Assembly (NCBI GenBank): GCA_963695435.1
Contig: OY968788.1
Span: forward strand, 477,456 to 541,455
Origin: an uncultured bacterium
Lineage (GTDB): Bacteria; Patescibacteriota; Kazan-3B-28
DNA length: 64,000 nt
Direction: 5' to 3'
The notes under the pieces: model-generated
The model's input: the letters and a program-made list of their open reading frames with translations, nothing else
What the model was told of the DNA's origin: nothing
Database searches by the model: none
Made by a program: the position numbers and the translations under genes
Shown here: positions 27,715-38,700 of the stretch, one piece after another
Position numbering within the stretch: the stretch's first letter is position 1
Layout of the letters: each line of letters opens with the position of its first letter

Positions 27715-27792
27715 GTCATCCTCGAGGTCGCCATGGCGACTGAAGGATCTATGGAAAAATCTTCATAGATTCTTCACTTCGTTCAGAATGAC
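27715..27792. repeat. GTCATTCTG-family hairpin element, inverted copy of 24159-24237
   Basis: Reverse complement is about 85% identical to the 24159 copy over about 80 nt. Confidence 0.7.
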
Positions 27793-27800
27793 TGGCTAAT

Positions 27801-28259
27801 TTATTCGCCAGCTAGCTCTGGGAACCAGAGTTTTATTTCGGCGGCAGCGGTTTCCGGTGCATCGGATGCATGGATTAGATTTTTTACCGCTCTATCAGTG
27901 CTGTCTGCTTTTTCGTAAGTTTCTTCCTTATCACCCAGATCGTAGCGGATTGTCCCTACTTCGGCTTGGGAGGGGATGGTAACACCAACGATACGACGAA
28001 CTTCTGCAATAGCATTTTCCCCCTCGATTATCATTGCTAACACCGGGCCAGTTGAAAGATATCTAACCATTCGGTTCTTGATGGCTTCTCCTTTTCGGAT
28101 GCCAAGATCAGCGTAGTGGTCGCTGGCAAAGACTTCGTCCACTTCCATCTCTTTCTCTGCAACAATTTTCAGACCGGTCGCAGTTAGACGATTTTTGATT
28201 TCATCTTGCAACCCTCGCTCAACAGCATCGGGCTTCAGCACGACTAAAGTTTTTTCCAT
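27801..28259 (-). CDS. ndk: Nucleoside diphosphate kinase
   Basis: TLVVLKPDAVERG...NLIHASD active-site motif. Start placed at internal Met (MEKTL), 10 nt after the upstream gene's stop. Confidence 0.9.
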   Translation of the reverse strand: MEKTLVVLKPDAVERGLQDEIKNRLTATGLKIVAEKEMEVDEVFASDHYADLGIRKGEAIKNRMVRYLSTGPVLAMIIEGENAIAEVRRIVGVTIPSQAEVGTIRYDLGDKEETYEKADSTDRAVKNLIHASDAPETAAAEIKLWFPELAGE

Positions 28260-28269
28260 AAGATTCTCC

Positions 28270-29541
28270 TTATAGCTGATATGCCTTTTTGATTTTGGCG
28301 TCAGATTGGTAGGGACCAATTATTGTGAGGCAGAGTCGTTCGTCTTTGAAAATTTTCTTAGCCAAAGACATGATTTGCTTGGCGGTCACTTTTCTGATTT
28401 TTTGGCGGATAGAATCAATCGTTTCGGTTTTATCGTGCAAAAGCTCCTGAACACCAAAGGAATAGGCGACTTCATCGGAATCTTCCATCTCAAGCACTAG
28501 CCCGCCGGTCAGGTATTCTTTTGCTTTAGCTAGTTCTTTGGCAGGAACTAGTTTCTGGGAAATCTCCCGAAATTCTCCAAGAATAGTCTTGATAGCCAAA
28601 TCAATTCGTTTTACATCAACACCTGCACTTGCAACAAAGTATCCTGCATCAATGTAGTTTGAAGACGAGGCGCGGACATAATATGCCAACCCAAGCTGTT
28701 CGCGAACAGAAGTGAACAGGCGTGAGCTCATTCCGCCGCCCAGAATCGACGCCAGCACTTTGCCGACATATTTATCAGGGTGATTGGCGCCAAAAGTCGG
28801 AACACCGACAATCAAATGCGCTTGTTCGGTTTTTTTGTAAGAAACTAATATTTTTTTCTTCGGGGTAGATTGCCGGTAGGGGAGCGGTTGGTTCTTTTTG
28901 GTGTTCCTAGGATACGGCAAATATTTTTTTACCAATTGCTCGACTTTTGCCGTGGTGGTATTACCCGCTACCGATACGACAATGTTTGAAGGAGTGTAAA
29001 GCCGTTTGCGGTAATCGAAAAAGTCGGACTGCTTTGCCTTCTTGATAACTGTCGGCAAACCAATTGTGGACCAGCCCAATGGGTGGTCGCCTAAAAGTTG
29101 TCTTTCAAACACATCCCAGATTTTGCGCTGGGGGCTGTCTTCGTACATGTTGTATTCTTCCAAGATTACGCCTCGTTCACGCTCCAGCCCTTCGGCATCA
29201 AATTTGGCATTGAGAAGCATATCTGACAAAACATCAAAGGCGACTTCAATCTTATTTTTCTCGACTTTTACGAAATAACCGACATATTCGTCGCTGGTAA
29301 AAGCGTTGAAAATTCCGCCGATGGCATCAATAGCTTCCGCCACTGAATGGGAGGTGGGATAGCGTTCGCCACCCTTGAAAAACATATGTTCAAGGAAGTG
29401 AGCGAGTCCGTTGATATCCCGAGTTTCGTAGCGGGAACCAGCGCGTACCAAAATCATTACCGTAACAGCTTCGGTGGATTTCATCGGCATCACAAGGATG
29501 CGAAGTTTGTTAGCTAGAGTAGTTTTTTTGATATCAATCAT
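28270..29541 (-). CDS. M16-family (pitrilysin-like) zinc peptidase
   Basis: Inverted zinc motif HFLEH...E. 423 aa, typical M16 length. Confidence 0.85.
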   Translation of the reverse strand: MIDIKKTTLANKLRILVMPMKSTEAVTVMILVRAGSRYETRDINGLAHFLEHMFFKGGERYPTSHSVAEAIDAIGGIFNAFTSDEYVGYFVKVEKNKIEVAFDVLSDMLLNAKFDAEGLERERGVILEEYNMYEDSPQRKIWDVFERQLLGDHPLGWSTIGLPTVIKKAKQSDFFDYRKRLYTPSNIVVSVAGNTTTAKVEQLVKKYLPYPRNTKKNQPLPYRQSTPKKKILVSYKKTEQAHLIVGVPTFGANHPDKYVGKVLASILGGGMSSRLFTSVREQLGLAYYVRASSSNYIDAGYFVASAGVDVKRIDLAIKTILGEFREISQKLVPAKELAKAKEYLTGGLVLEMEDSDEVAYSFGVQELLHDKTETIDSIRQKIRKVTAKQIMSLAKKIFKDERLCLTIIGPYQSDAKIKKAYQL

Positions 29542-29619
29542 GGGGGTAGAGTTTAGAGATGAGAGATGAGAGATGAGAGCGAAAAAGACTCTACTCTCTA
29601 TTCTCTACTCTCTGTTTAC

Positions 29620-31164
29620 TTACTTGGCCACATCCTCCGAGCGGACTTCGCGAATGACCATAACTTTAACCTGACCGGGGTAGGTCATTTCTTTTTCGAT
29701 TTGACGAGCGACATTGTGCGCTAACTTAGCGGCGGCGAGGTCGTCGATTTTGTCAGGCTGAACCATAATGCGAACTTCACGGCCGGCTTGAATCGCGTAC
29801 GCTTTCCCGACACCTTCGTATGAAGTTGCGATGCGCTCCAAGTCTTCTAACCGTTTCACAAAGTTTTCCGCAGATTCTCTGCGCGCACCCGGACGGGAAG
29901 CGGAGATGGCATCAGCGGCCATAACTATGAAGTCTAATGCTGTTTTGGGGCCACCAAAGCCCTCGTGAGACACTTCTAACGCTTGGATGACCTCTGCAGG
30001 CATACCGTACTTCACGGCAATGTCACGGGACAATTCAATGTGGCTTCCTTCATACTCGTGGTCGAGCGCTTTCCCGATGTCGTGCATCAATGTTGCAAGT
30101 TTGGTTAGACGAACATCCATCCCAAGTTGAGCGGCCATCATTGCTGCCAAATGAGCGGCTTCGATAGAGTGCCGCAAAATGTTCTGACCGTAGCTAGTAC
30201 GAAATTGCAAGCGACCAATAATTTTAACAAGGTCAGGATGCAAACCGGTCAGTCCTAATTCAAGCACAGCGTCCTCACCTGCCTTTTTCATTTCGGCATT
30301 GATTTCCTTGTCCGCTTTTTCAACAACTTCCTCAATGCGAGATGGTTGAATTCTGCCGTCTTTTACCAATCTTTCCAGCGCCCTTTTGGCGATATGGCGA
30401 CGGATTGGATCGAAACCGGAAATAACAACTGTGTCTGGTGTGTCGTCGATAATCAGATCAACGCCGGTGGCTTTTTCGAAAGCGTGAATGTTGCGACCTT
30501 CTTTACCGATGATTCTACCTTTCAAATCATCACTTGGGATCTGCACAGAAAAGACCGTGCTTTCGGTAGCGGTATCAGCGGCATAGCGTTGAATTGCTTC
30601 GGAAATAATTTCGCGGGCTTTGTCTTCGGCTTGGTCGTTAGCTTCCTGCTCGACTCGGCGAATAATGCCCAAAACATCGTCTTTGTATTCTTTCTCTACT
30701 CGCGCGAACAATTGTTCTTTCGCTTCATCGCGGGTGAGACGGGCGACATCCTCCAACTTCTTCAGCTGGTTGTCGCGAATCTTCAGAATCTCTTCTTTAA
30801 CTTCCTGAATCTCTTTATCTTTGTTTAGAATCGCTTCCTTCTGCTTGTCCAAATCTTCCAGCTTGCGTTCTAATTGTTCGTCTTTGGAAATGATTCTTTT
30901 TTCCAAATCCAAGATTTCGGAGCGGCGCTCCCTCTCTTCTTTTTCTGACTTGTCGCGAAGCTTAGAAGCTTCTTCCTTGCCCTCTAGAACGATTTCTTTT
31001 GCCTGTTGTTCGGCGGCGGTCAATTTCTCTTTGGCCTTACCTAAAATCTTGTCAGCATCCTGCTCGGCCTTTTCAATTTTCTGACGAGCAACAATGATGC
31101 GAACATAATAACCAACCAGCGCCCCGACAACTCCGGCGATAATCCAGTAAATTACTGATGACAT
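29620..31164 (-). CDS. rny: Ribonuclease Y
   Basis: N-terminal TM, long coiled-coil, KH domain (IGKEGRNI), HD domain (LMHDIGK). Confidence 0.9.
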   Translation of the reverse strand: MSSVIYWIIAGVVGALVGYYVRIIVARQKIEKAEQDADKILGKAKEKLTAAEQQAKEIVLEGKEEASKLRDKSEKEERERRSEILDLEKRIISKDEQLERKLEDLDKQKEAILNKDKEIQEVKEEILKIRDNQLKKLEDVARLTRDEAKEQLFARVEKEYKDDVLGIIRRVEQEANDQAEDKAREIISEAIQRYAADTATESTVFSVQIPSDDLKGRIIGKEGRNIHAFEKATGVDLIIDDTPDTVVISGFDPIRRHIAKRALERLVKDGRIQPSRIEEVVEKADKEINAEMKKAGEDAVLELGLTGLHPDLVKIIGRLQFRTSYGQNILRHSIEAAHLAAMMAAQLGMDVRLTKLATLMHDIGKALDHEYEGSHIELSRDIAVKYGMPAEVIQALEVSHEGFGGPKTALDFIVMAADAISASRPGARRESAENFVKRLEDLERIATSYEGVGKAYAIQAGREVRIMVQPDKIDDLAAAKLAHNVARQIEKEMTYPGQVKVMVIREVRSEDVAK

Positions 31165-31477
31165 AGCGAACCTCCGGTTACACTAGGCCAATAAGCCCTG
31201 CGCGAATAAGCGCATTGCCCCCGTCAAACTTTCGGTTGGCTAAAAGAAAAAGCTGAAACCCATCACCTGCAAAACAGGCTTGAGAACAGACGCGAAAGTG
31301 ACAATTTGGATTCCCAGTAGGGGAAGTAAAAGGCTCATTATCCTAAGTGGAATTTTAAGTGATATACAGGACTAGAGCGGAAAATCTGAATTAGTCCTAC
31401 TGATACTTTACCCTAAAAATGTATGGCGGTCAAATTGTTCTTGTATACTGGAGCTAGCGTCAAAAAGGCGCGAAAAT

Positions 31478-33409
31478 ATGAAACAAGGGGGTAAATTTGG
31501 TGCTTTAACCGCCGCGACAATCGCGGCGGTAGTGTTGGCGCCAATAGTTTTTACAATGGCGGAAGGAGAAACCCCGTCAGTAATTATTAACGAGGTGGCG
31601 TGGGCGGGAAGTACGAAGTCGAGCAGTGATGAATGGATTGAATTGAAAAATACCACCAGCGAAATCGTTGATGTGAGCGGTTGGCAATTAACCAAAAACA
31701 CTGGCGAGGAAGCGCTGATGCTCACAATCCCAGCCGACAAGACGATTGATGCTGATGGTTATTTTTTGATTTCCAATTTTGATGAAGCGAATTCAGTTTT
31801 GACAATTGTGCCCAATGTGGTGGACTCGGCAATCACACTTTCCAATGACAAATTGCAAATCAAATTGTACAAAGGCGATTGGAAGTTGCCTGAAAATTTG
31901 ATTGATACGGCGGGTGATGGGGGAGTCCCGCTCGCAGGAAACAATACAGCAAAAAGTTCGATGGAAAGAGACGATGATTTGAACGGATGGCATGATGCGT
32001 TGGCGGGAGTGAATTTGGATGCGGATGTGACGGACCTCGGAACACCCTCCGCTGAAAATTCTAAATTGATTGAACCTCCGACCGTTGAAAGTATTTCGCC
32101 AAACACCGCCGAGGCGGGGAAGACTCTACAAATCGAAAGTATTATCGGAACGAATTTCAGTACTGATTCGCCTCCAACTGTGCAGTTGAAATTAGCTGAA
32201 CGCACTATTACCGCCGACAATACTCACACCGCAAATTCCACTTTGATTGATAGTGGGCAATTCGGTTTGGAGGGAGCGGAGGCGGGGAAGTGGGATTTGG
32301 TAATTACTAATCCTGATGGAACAACGGCGACATTACCTCAAGCGGTGGAGATAACCGAACCGCCACCTGAATATGATTTGACCACCACGGTGCGGTTGAA
32401 CGAAATCTATCCTCAACCCAATACCACCAGCAATGATGAATTCATTGAGTTATATAATTCCGGTGACAAGACGGTGAATTTGAGTGATTGGATTTTGGAT
32501 GATGTTCGCAACGGCGGATCCAGTCCGTTTACTTTTGGCGCGCAAAATATTTTGCCCAAAAGCTACTTAGTGCTTTACAAAAGTGAAACAAAAATCACGC
32601 TCAACGACAGCGGGGATGATGTTTATTTGCTCCAGCCAAATGGTTTTGAATTGGACCACACAACATACACGGAGGCACCGCGCGGACAAACCCATGCGCG
32701 GTTTGATGACGGTTGGAAATGGACTAACTCACCAACGCCCAATGGCAAAAATGTGTTGAGCACTCCGCCTCCGCCAGACACGGAATCGTCTCCCGTGGAT
32801 GAACCAGACGACACGCCAGTTGAATTACTGGCATTTCAAAAAAGCGATATTTTGATTACCGAATTATTACCCAACCCAGTGGAAGATGAGGAATTTATTG
32901 AACTGCAAAATAATTCTTCCAAGCCGATAGATTTGAAGAACTGGGTATTGCAAGACAAGTCGAAACACAAATATAAAATCGCTGACTTTGCCGTCAGTAT
33001 CCAAACCGCCAGTGGTCTTATTATTCAGCCCCAGCAGTATGTGGTGATAACGGAAATAATGTCATCCATTGCGTTGAATAACACGGGCGGGGAGACGGTG
33101 ACATTGTTTGATCTTAGCGGAAATATCATTTCAACTGTGAGCTATTTGGATAAAGCACCGGCTGGCGCAGTGTACGCGTGGGATGGGAAGGTTTGGACTT
33201 GGAGCAAATACGCCACACCGGGACAAGTGAATATTTTAGGTTTGGACGAAGCGGATGAGCCACCTCCCGCGGTAGATATTGTTTTGCCCGCTTCACTACC
33301 CGTGACAGGAGAATCGAGTCGGCGTTGGATAGGGATTTTACTTATCGGTCTCGCGCTAGGTGCTATAGTGATTTGGAGAAAGTTACGAGTGATGAGTTGT
33401 GAGTTGTGA
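31478..33409 (+). CDS. Secreted surface protein with three lamin-tail domains (LTD) and C-terminal LPXTG sorting signal (643 aa)
   Basis: Three LTD signatures (INEVAWAGS...EWIELKNTT; LNEIYPQPN...EFIELYNSG; ITELLPNPV...EFIELQNNS). Ends LPVTG + hydrophobic stretch + WRKLRVMSCEL. Confidence 0.8.
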   Translation: MKQGGKFGALTAATIAAVVLAPIVFTMAEGETPSVIINEVAWAGSTKSSSDEWIELKNTTSEIVDVSGWQLTKNTGEEALMLTIPADKTIDADGYFLISNFDEANSVLTIVPNVVDSAITLSNDKLQIKLYKGDWKLPENLIDTAGDGGVPLAGNNTAKSSMERDDDLNGWHDALAGVNLDADVTDLGTPSAENSKLIEPPTVESISPNTAEAGKTLQIESIIGTNFSTDSPPTVQLKLAERTITADNTHTANSTLIDSGQFGLEGAEAGKWDLVITNPDGTTATLPQAVEITEPPPEYDLTTTVRLNEIYPQPNTTSNDEFIELYNSGDKTVNLSDWILDDVRNGGSSPFTFGAQNILPKSYLVLYKSETKITLNDSGDDVYLLQPNGFELDHTTYTEAPRGQTHARFDDGWKWTNSPTPNGKNVLSTPPPPDTESSPVDEPDDTPVELLAFQKSDILITELLPNPVEDEEFIELQNNSSKPIDLKNWVLQDKSKHKYKIADFAVSIQTASGLIIQPQQYVVITEIMSSIALNNTGGETVTLFDLSGNIISTVSYLDKAPAGAVYAWDGKVWTWSKYATPGQVNILGLDEADEPPPAVDIVLPASLPVTGESSRRWIGILLIGLALGAIVIWRKLRVMSCEL

Positions 33410-33418
33410 GTGAGACTC

Positions 33419-33508
33419 GTCATTCTGGTAAGGTCGCCGTGGCGACCGCATCCAGAATCTTATAAGATCCTGGACAAGCCCGCCTACCGGCAGGCAGGCC
33501 AGGATGAC
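33419..33508. repeat. GTCATTCTG-family hairpin element carrying the cccgcctaccggcaggc sub-hairpin
   Basis: gtcattctgg...ccagaat...ccaggatgac architecture. The same ggtaggcggg sub-hairpin occurs inverted inside the 25977 element. Confidence 0.6.
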
Positions 33509-33511
33509 GAA

Positions 33512-33982
33512 ATGGAGGATAAAATGATAACAGTTCAGACACATAATTTGGGTGAGACACAGACGCTCGGGGAGAGCATGGGTCGTCAGTTGAAAGGCGA
33601 TGAAACTTTTGCGTTGGTAAGTCCCTTGGGCGGAGGAAAGACGAGCTTCACGCAAGGACTGGCGAAGGGGATCGGCGCAAAAGCGCGGGTGACTAGCCCC
33701 ACATTTGTATTGGAAAAAATTTACACGGGAGATAAATTGGTCCTCCATCATTTTGATACCTACCGCATTGAGGTAGGGGATATTGAATCGACCGGACTGC
33801 TGGATATTTTGGGGGAAACCGTTGTGGTGGTGGAATGGGCGGATAAAATCAAACCACTCTTACCTCTTGATGCGATTTGGGTGACAATAAAAATCGGGAA
33901 GGGAGACGAGCGGATGTTTGAATTTATTTATCCAGAAAGTAGAGCTTATATTTTTAAGGTAGTCCCTCCCTCCTGCGTTTAA
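33512..33982 (+). CDS. tsaE: tRNA threonylcarbamoyladenosine biosynthesis protein TsaE
   Basis: P-loop LVSPLGGGKTSF and typical TsaE/YjeE sequence. Start moved to internal Met downstream of the repeat element. Confidence 0.8.
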   Translation: MEDKMITVQTHNLGETQTLGESMGRQLKGDETFALVSPLGGGKTSFTQGLAKGIGAKARVTSPTFVLEKIYTGDKLVLHHFDTYRIEVGDIESTGLLDILGETVVVVEWADKIKPLLPLDAIWVTIKIGKGDERMFEFIYPESRAYIFKVVPPSCV

Positions 33983-34054
33983 TCTCATCGCAAATAGGTC
34001 ATTAGCCTCTTGCGATATAGATTTCACTACGGGCGGGCAGGCGGCAAAATCGGG

Positions 34055-34681
34055 ATGATAAATAAATTGTCAAATAATGTACTGGGGATAGATACTGCGC
34101 AGGCTGAAACTGTCATCGGGCTCAATGATGATGTAGTGAGTTGGGTGTCTGACCGCAACCAATCCAAAGAACTTTTACCCGCAATCGATAAACTGATTCG
34201 GTCACAAAAACTAACTCCACAGAAACTTCGCGGGGTGGTGGTGAATATCGGGCCCGGTTCTTTTACGGGACTTCGGGTGGGGCTGACTGTCGCCAATGGT
34301 TTTGGATACGGACTAAAAATTCCGTTGGTCGGGATGAGCGAATTTGATGTAATTCGTTTGTTTTTCCCGAAAGTCGATTTGATAATTTTGGATGCGAAGC
34401 GGGATGAGCTTTTTGTGGAAGTAAAAAATCAGACGCCAAAATTGATACCCATCGCAAAACTTGGAAGGCTAATCAAGCGGGGAGTGAGTGTGTATGTTGA
34501 GCCTAGTTTAGCGCTGGCACTTCACCCGCAACTCTCCAAGGCAGGAACTATTTATTTGGGTGAGATTCCGCGGGTACAAAAAATGGCGGGAATGCTTTCC
34601 GCCACTAAACTTCCGAAAAAATTTGTTCCTGTAATGCCTCTCTATTTGCGCGGAGCGAATATCACAAAGGCTAGACGATAG
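34055..34681 (+). CDS. tsaB: tRNA threonylcarbamoyladenosine biosynthesis protein TsaB (YeaZ-like)
   Basis: LGIDTAQAETVIGL... Kae1/YeaZ N-terminal fold. Start at internal Met after the repeat sequence. Confidence 0.8.
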   Translation: MINKLSNNVLGIDTAQAETVIGLNDDVVSWVSDRNQSKELLPAIDKLIRSQKLTPQKLRGVVVNIGPGSFTGLRVGLTVANGFGYGLKIPLVGMSEFDVIRLFFPKVDLIILDAKRDELFVEVKNQTPKLIPIAKLGRLIKRGVSVYVEPSLALALHPQLSKAGTIYLGEIPRVQKMAGMLSATKLPKKFVPVMPLYLRGANITKARR

Positions 34682-34710
34682 ACTAATAGACTTATAGACG
34701 AATAGAGTTT

Positions 34711-34825
34711 GTCATTCTGAACTTGTTTCAGAATTTTTTTCTATTGTCATCCTCGAGGTCTGCTGTACAGCAGGCCGAAGGATCTAGAAGAATAATTCAT
34801 AGATTCTTCGCTCCGCTCAGAATGA
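34711..34825. repeat. Complete GTCATTCTG-family element (two-hairpin form, termini gtcattctgaac / gctcagaatgac)
   Basis: Contains both the gtcattctgaacttgtttcagaat hairpin and the gtcatcctcgagg...cctgctgtacagcagg module. Confidence 0.7.
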
Positions 34826-35411
34826 CAAAATAAAAGAGTAGCCCGCCATTGCTGGCCGGGCTACTGGTTGATGACGTGGGTAAACCACAATTACTGTGTC
34901 GCTTTACCCGCCGCCGTCCGTAGATGATTGCGCGAAGAATACATACATAGGCGTCGTTCCTCCAGCAATCTTAGAAATGTTGGTGCACTGTAGTTCAGTT
35001 CAATGTTGCCGGATAAACCGGCAGGCAGTCACGGGAATCGAGGTTAAGAGACTGTCCGAAGACAATGTCCCTTTAGGGGCCTCCATCGCCACTATCGACG
35101 GAGGGTGCCTTCTCGACTTTTTTCATAAGTCCTCCCTACAGTATGTGGTACACCTACTTTAATGTAGGTAATTTGATTATATCATCAAGGCAGAAGTGAA
35201 AAGTAGTGAGTGACGAGTCGTGAGTCCTCCTCTGCCCAAGGGCTACGGAAGGATCTACGATCGCGAGTGAAAGACAAGTGACCTAGTTTCCTAGTAAAGA
35301 AAAAATAACCCAGCAATCTGGGTTATCTGTCTGCGAATCTGTGTAATCTGTGCTGTTCTGCCCTTTTTACAAATCTGTGCAATCCGTGGTCCTATCTGTG
35401 TAATCTGTGGT

Positions 35412-35741
35412 CTAGAAGCCCAAGAGGAATTTGGTAGTTTTTCCTTCAAGGATAGCTTGCCCCGGCATGATGTCTTTTGGCACTACGCGGTAATTGCGCG
35501 GGTCGTTGATGTTGATAATAGTATCGATATTTTCGTCAGGAACGCTAGCGATTGGAGCAGAGGTTGTGCTGGTGGCGATCGGTGCAGCTTGAATTGGCAT
35601 TGCTTCGGCAATGGTCGGCTGGCTAATTGGGATCAACTCGTTGATGGTTTCGCTCCACAGTATTACCCCGAGCATCAAAAGAATGCCCACCAGACAAAAG
35701 GCGGTTTCGACAGAAATTATTTTTTGCTGAAGGTTCTTCAT
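35412..35741 (-). CDS. Small membrane protein (109 aa), translationally coupled (ATGA overlap) to the upstream giant gene
   Basis: One TM (AFCLVGILLMLGVILW). 4-nt start/stop overlap with the 35738-39670 gene. Confidence 0.5.
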   Translation of the reverse strand: MKNLQQKIISVETAFCLVGILLMLGVILWSETINELIPISQPTIAEAMPIQAAPIATSTTSAPIASVPDENIDTIININDPRNYRVVPKDIMPGQAILEGKTTKFLLGF

Positions 35742-38700
35742 TGCATTGGAACTGTTTTGGTATATGTGTAACCATCACTTTGGCGAACGCATCGGAATGT
35801 ATTTCCCAGAAGATGAGTACATACTTCTATAACCCCGTCTCCTCCGTTATCACCCGTACTGGTATTCTGACCATCGGGAGTAGAGGGGAGGGGCTGGATT
35901 CCGGTAGTTATTTGTTTTTCTTCGCCGGTGATAACTTTGGGTTCAACCAGAAAAGCGTCAAAGTAAGCACTACCACTAGAGTTAGAACGGCTATGGCTAG
36001 TCTCCCAACTAGCTAACTCATTCCCGCTATAAATTCCGTCGTATTCTTTGGCTGCCTCACTAGTAAATGAGCTGATATTGGAATCATAGTATTTTATGCG
36101 GACTGGCGGACGAAGCTGAGCAAATAGAGTATTAGCCTTTGCTATCAATTGTTGTAACCCCGTGATTTGAGAATCGGGTTGATTATAGATAGCTGATGTG
36201 GTTTGAAAAGGATAAACCGTGTGGTCAAATTGACCGCCGTAAATAAGTACCGTACCATCTCCTAAACCGATAGCTTGATGGAAGACGGGGAGCTCGCTAT
36301 CCGCCATATTAATCAAGTCACTCTGGGTAGTCGAATCTGTGTATACAGGCAACTGCCAATCCGTCATTGGTTGGGCAACATTGGTGTCTAAATCATAGAC
36401 AAAAGAAAGGGCACTAGCTGAACTAGTGGTGAGCAGATATTGATTTCCTGACAAATGAGCAACTTGTTCGATGTTCCCAAAAGCTGATTTAGGATCGGCA
36501 AGTGAATATGCCGCCTGTTGCCTAGAGCTATGAATGCTAGTCAAAATAGCCGCTCCTACCTTTCCAAAAGACGCGATAAATTTTTCCAACCAGCCAGAAG
36601 GTTCGATGGAGGTATTTAGCTGCTGAATTTTTGTTGCAGTATTTTGATCTACTGCAATTTCGGGCGCAACCATGTCGCTACTCCCGTCACTAATATTAAT
36701 CGTCTGAATGGTTTCGGTTGTTTGAGAGCCAAAGAGATAAATAACTACCGGAGCACCACCGGTATCCCGTTGGACTGCGCAGGATATTTCACCCTTTACG
36801 GATAAATTCGCCAATTTTACCAACGAAGCCGTCCCGATATCGTAGAGCAACACCCCTTTGTATCCTTCGCCAGCGAGCATCAATGTGCTTTTATCTAAAG
36901 CAATCGCGACTTGTCCCAAACTTTGAGGCAAGGCAATTGGCAAGGGTTTGAATGTTACTTCTGATAACCAATGAAAGTCAAAATATTCGCCACCATATTC
37001 GTATGTGGTGTTGTCAAATTTGGCGGCAGTTAAGTTTTTTACCAAACGGACGAGAGGGTTAACATTGTCACCCAGCACCCGAGTGGAAACAGCCATTGGT
37101 TTATTGTCTTCTGCTACAAGATAGTCATTGTTAGTTAGAATATCAAAAGTAGAAGTGGCTGGCGTAGCACCAGCTAATGCGGAAGCTGATAAAGAAGTCT
37201 CGGCAGGTGGCGTAAGAGCGTTTGCCACATCCTCTACTTCGCCTTCGTCTGTTGGCATACGAGATATCGTCAGCGACTTTTGGTAGATTTTGTCGTCATA
37301 GCTAACTGTGCTAGTAAGAATGATCGGTTCGTTCTCGTCGGGAGCGGTATTTTCCGAAACAAGTTTCGCCTTTACTTTCCAGTAATAAAATCCTGGCTGC
37401 AAGGTGGTGGTAATTTCTTTTGTTGACTTACCGCGCCACACAAGATGCGCATCACCCTTGATGGAGATGGTTGCAGGAGCGTCTCCGCCTCGTTCTGTGT
37501 GATTACTGTTACGAAAAATCATTTCAACATCAGTACTTTCAGCCGGCAATAGGTTATTAGTTCCCGCACCTAGCGAATACTGGATGGACGACATATCCGA
37601 AGTTTTAGTGTTTTTACTGATAGCCCTTACTTTAAATTGGAATGTTTTTGGAGAACTTGGATACAAATTACCGTCATAGCTAATTTGTACGCTGACCAAA
37701 CCTTCCAATCCTGTGCTATTTGCATCCCCAGTAATTCCCACTGACACTGTACGAGGAGTAAGACGGGGATAAATTGGGATACTCAAGTCCTTACTGATAA
37801 CTTCTTCTGAGCCAGATATCCACAACCCGTGAAATTCTTTTGGCTTGGAATAACGAATACTGATGCCTCCTTGGGTTTGGATTTTTACATTAGCGACCGT
37901 GGCAATATTAGGAAGTTTGCCAAAGTCACGATTGTCATCCATTCGAATGGTAAGTCTAGCGTCCTCTCCTTGGGTAATATTTGTTTGGCTAACATTTATT
38001 TTGTATTCAATTGATTTTTTAAGTTGAGCACTCTCTTCTTCGCTTAGAGGTGCTGCTGACTGTTTGTAATCTCGTTGGATTACGATTGACTTCCAGTAAG
38101 TAGTGCCTCCGTAGCCAACGGCTAGTTCTAAAGTGATAGGACCCAAGTCTTTATTCTGGTATGAAGAGAGTACGCGCAATTTTGGTATGTCTCCGTTTGG
38201 AGCACGATGCACACCCATTTGAGGTAAAAGGGCAAATTTAATTTTTTGAATATTATTAGCTAAATCCGTATCAGTTCTCCAAAACTTGGCGGGGCCAGTA
38301 ACAGTAAGCGTACATTGAGCTTCTGTTGTGGAGGAAGGTCGTTCAGATTTTGGTCTATTGTCATATGCTGTCACTGAAATATTGGCTACTTCACCTCGTC
38401 CCACCTTTGTTTTGTCAGCACTAAGAGTAATAACAAAAGAATTCTGTGCCCGCTCAGCAGCGATTTCGTCAGCCGTTTTAACTGGCGGAGAGATTTTGTA
38501 GTCGCGCTTAATCGTCAAATTACGATTATAAGTTTTGTCCATAAAGGTAGCAACAGCAGTAATTTTGATATCTCCCAAATCCTGATTTTTTATGGATGAG
38601 ATAATTCGAGCGGTATATTTATATGGCGTACTGCCGGGGTAGAGTGTGAAGCTAACTGTTTGGATATTTTGAGTTAGCCCAGCATCCGTTTTTTGTTTAC

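Noticed and set aside
27050-27734. ORFs 27050-27349(-) and 27282-27734(-)
   Set aside because: They overlap each other and the structured-RNA candidate and repeat elements. They have Arg/Cys/Ser-rich low-complexity translations and no RBS.
34896-35162. ORF 34896-35162(+) (88 aa)
   Set aside because: It has no RBS and a Cys/Val-rich odd composition. The region is more consistent with noncoding, structured sequence.
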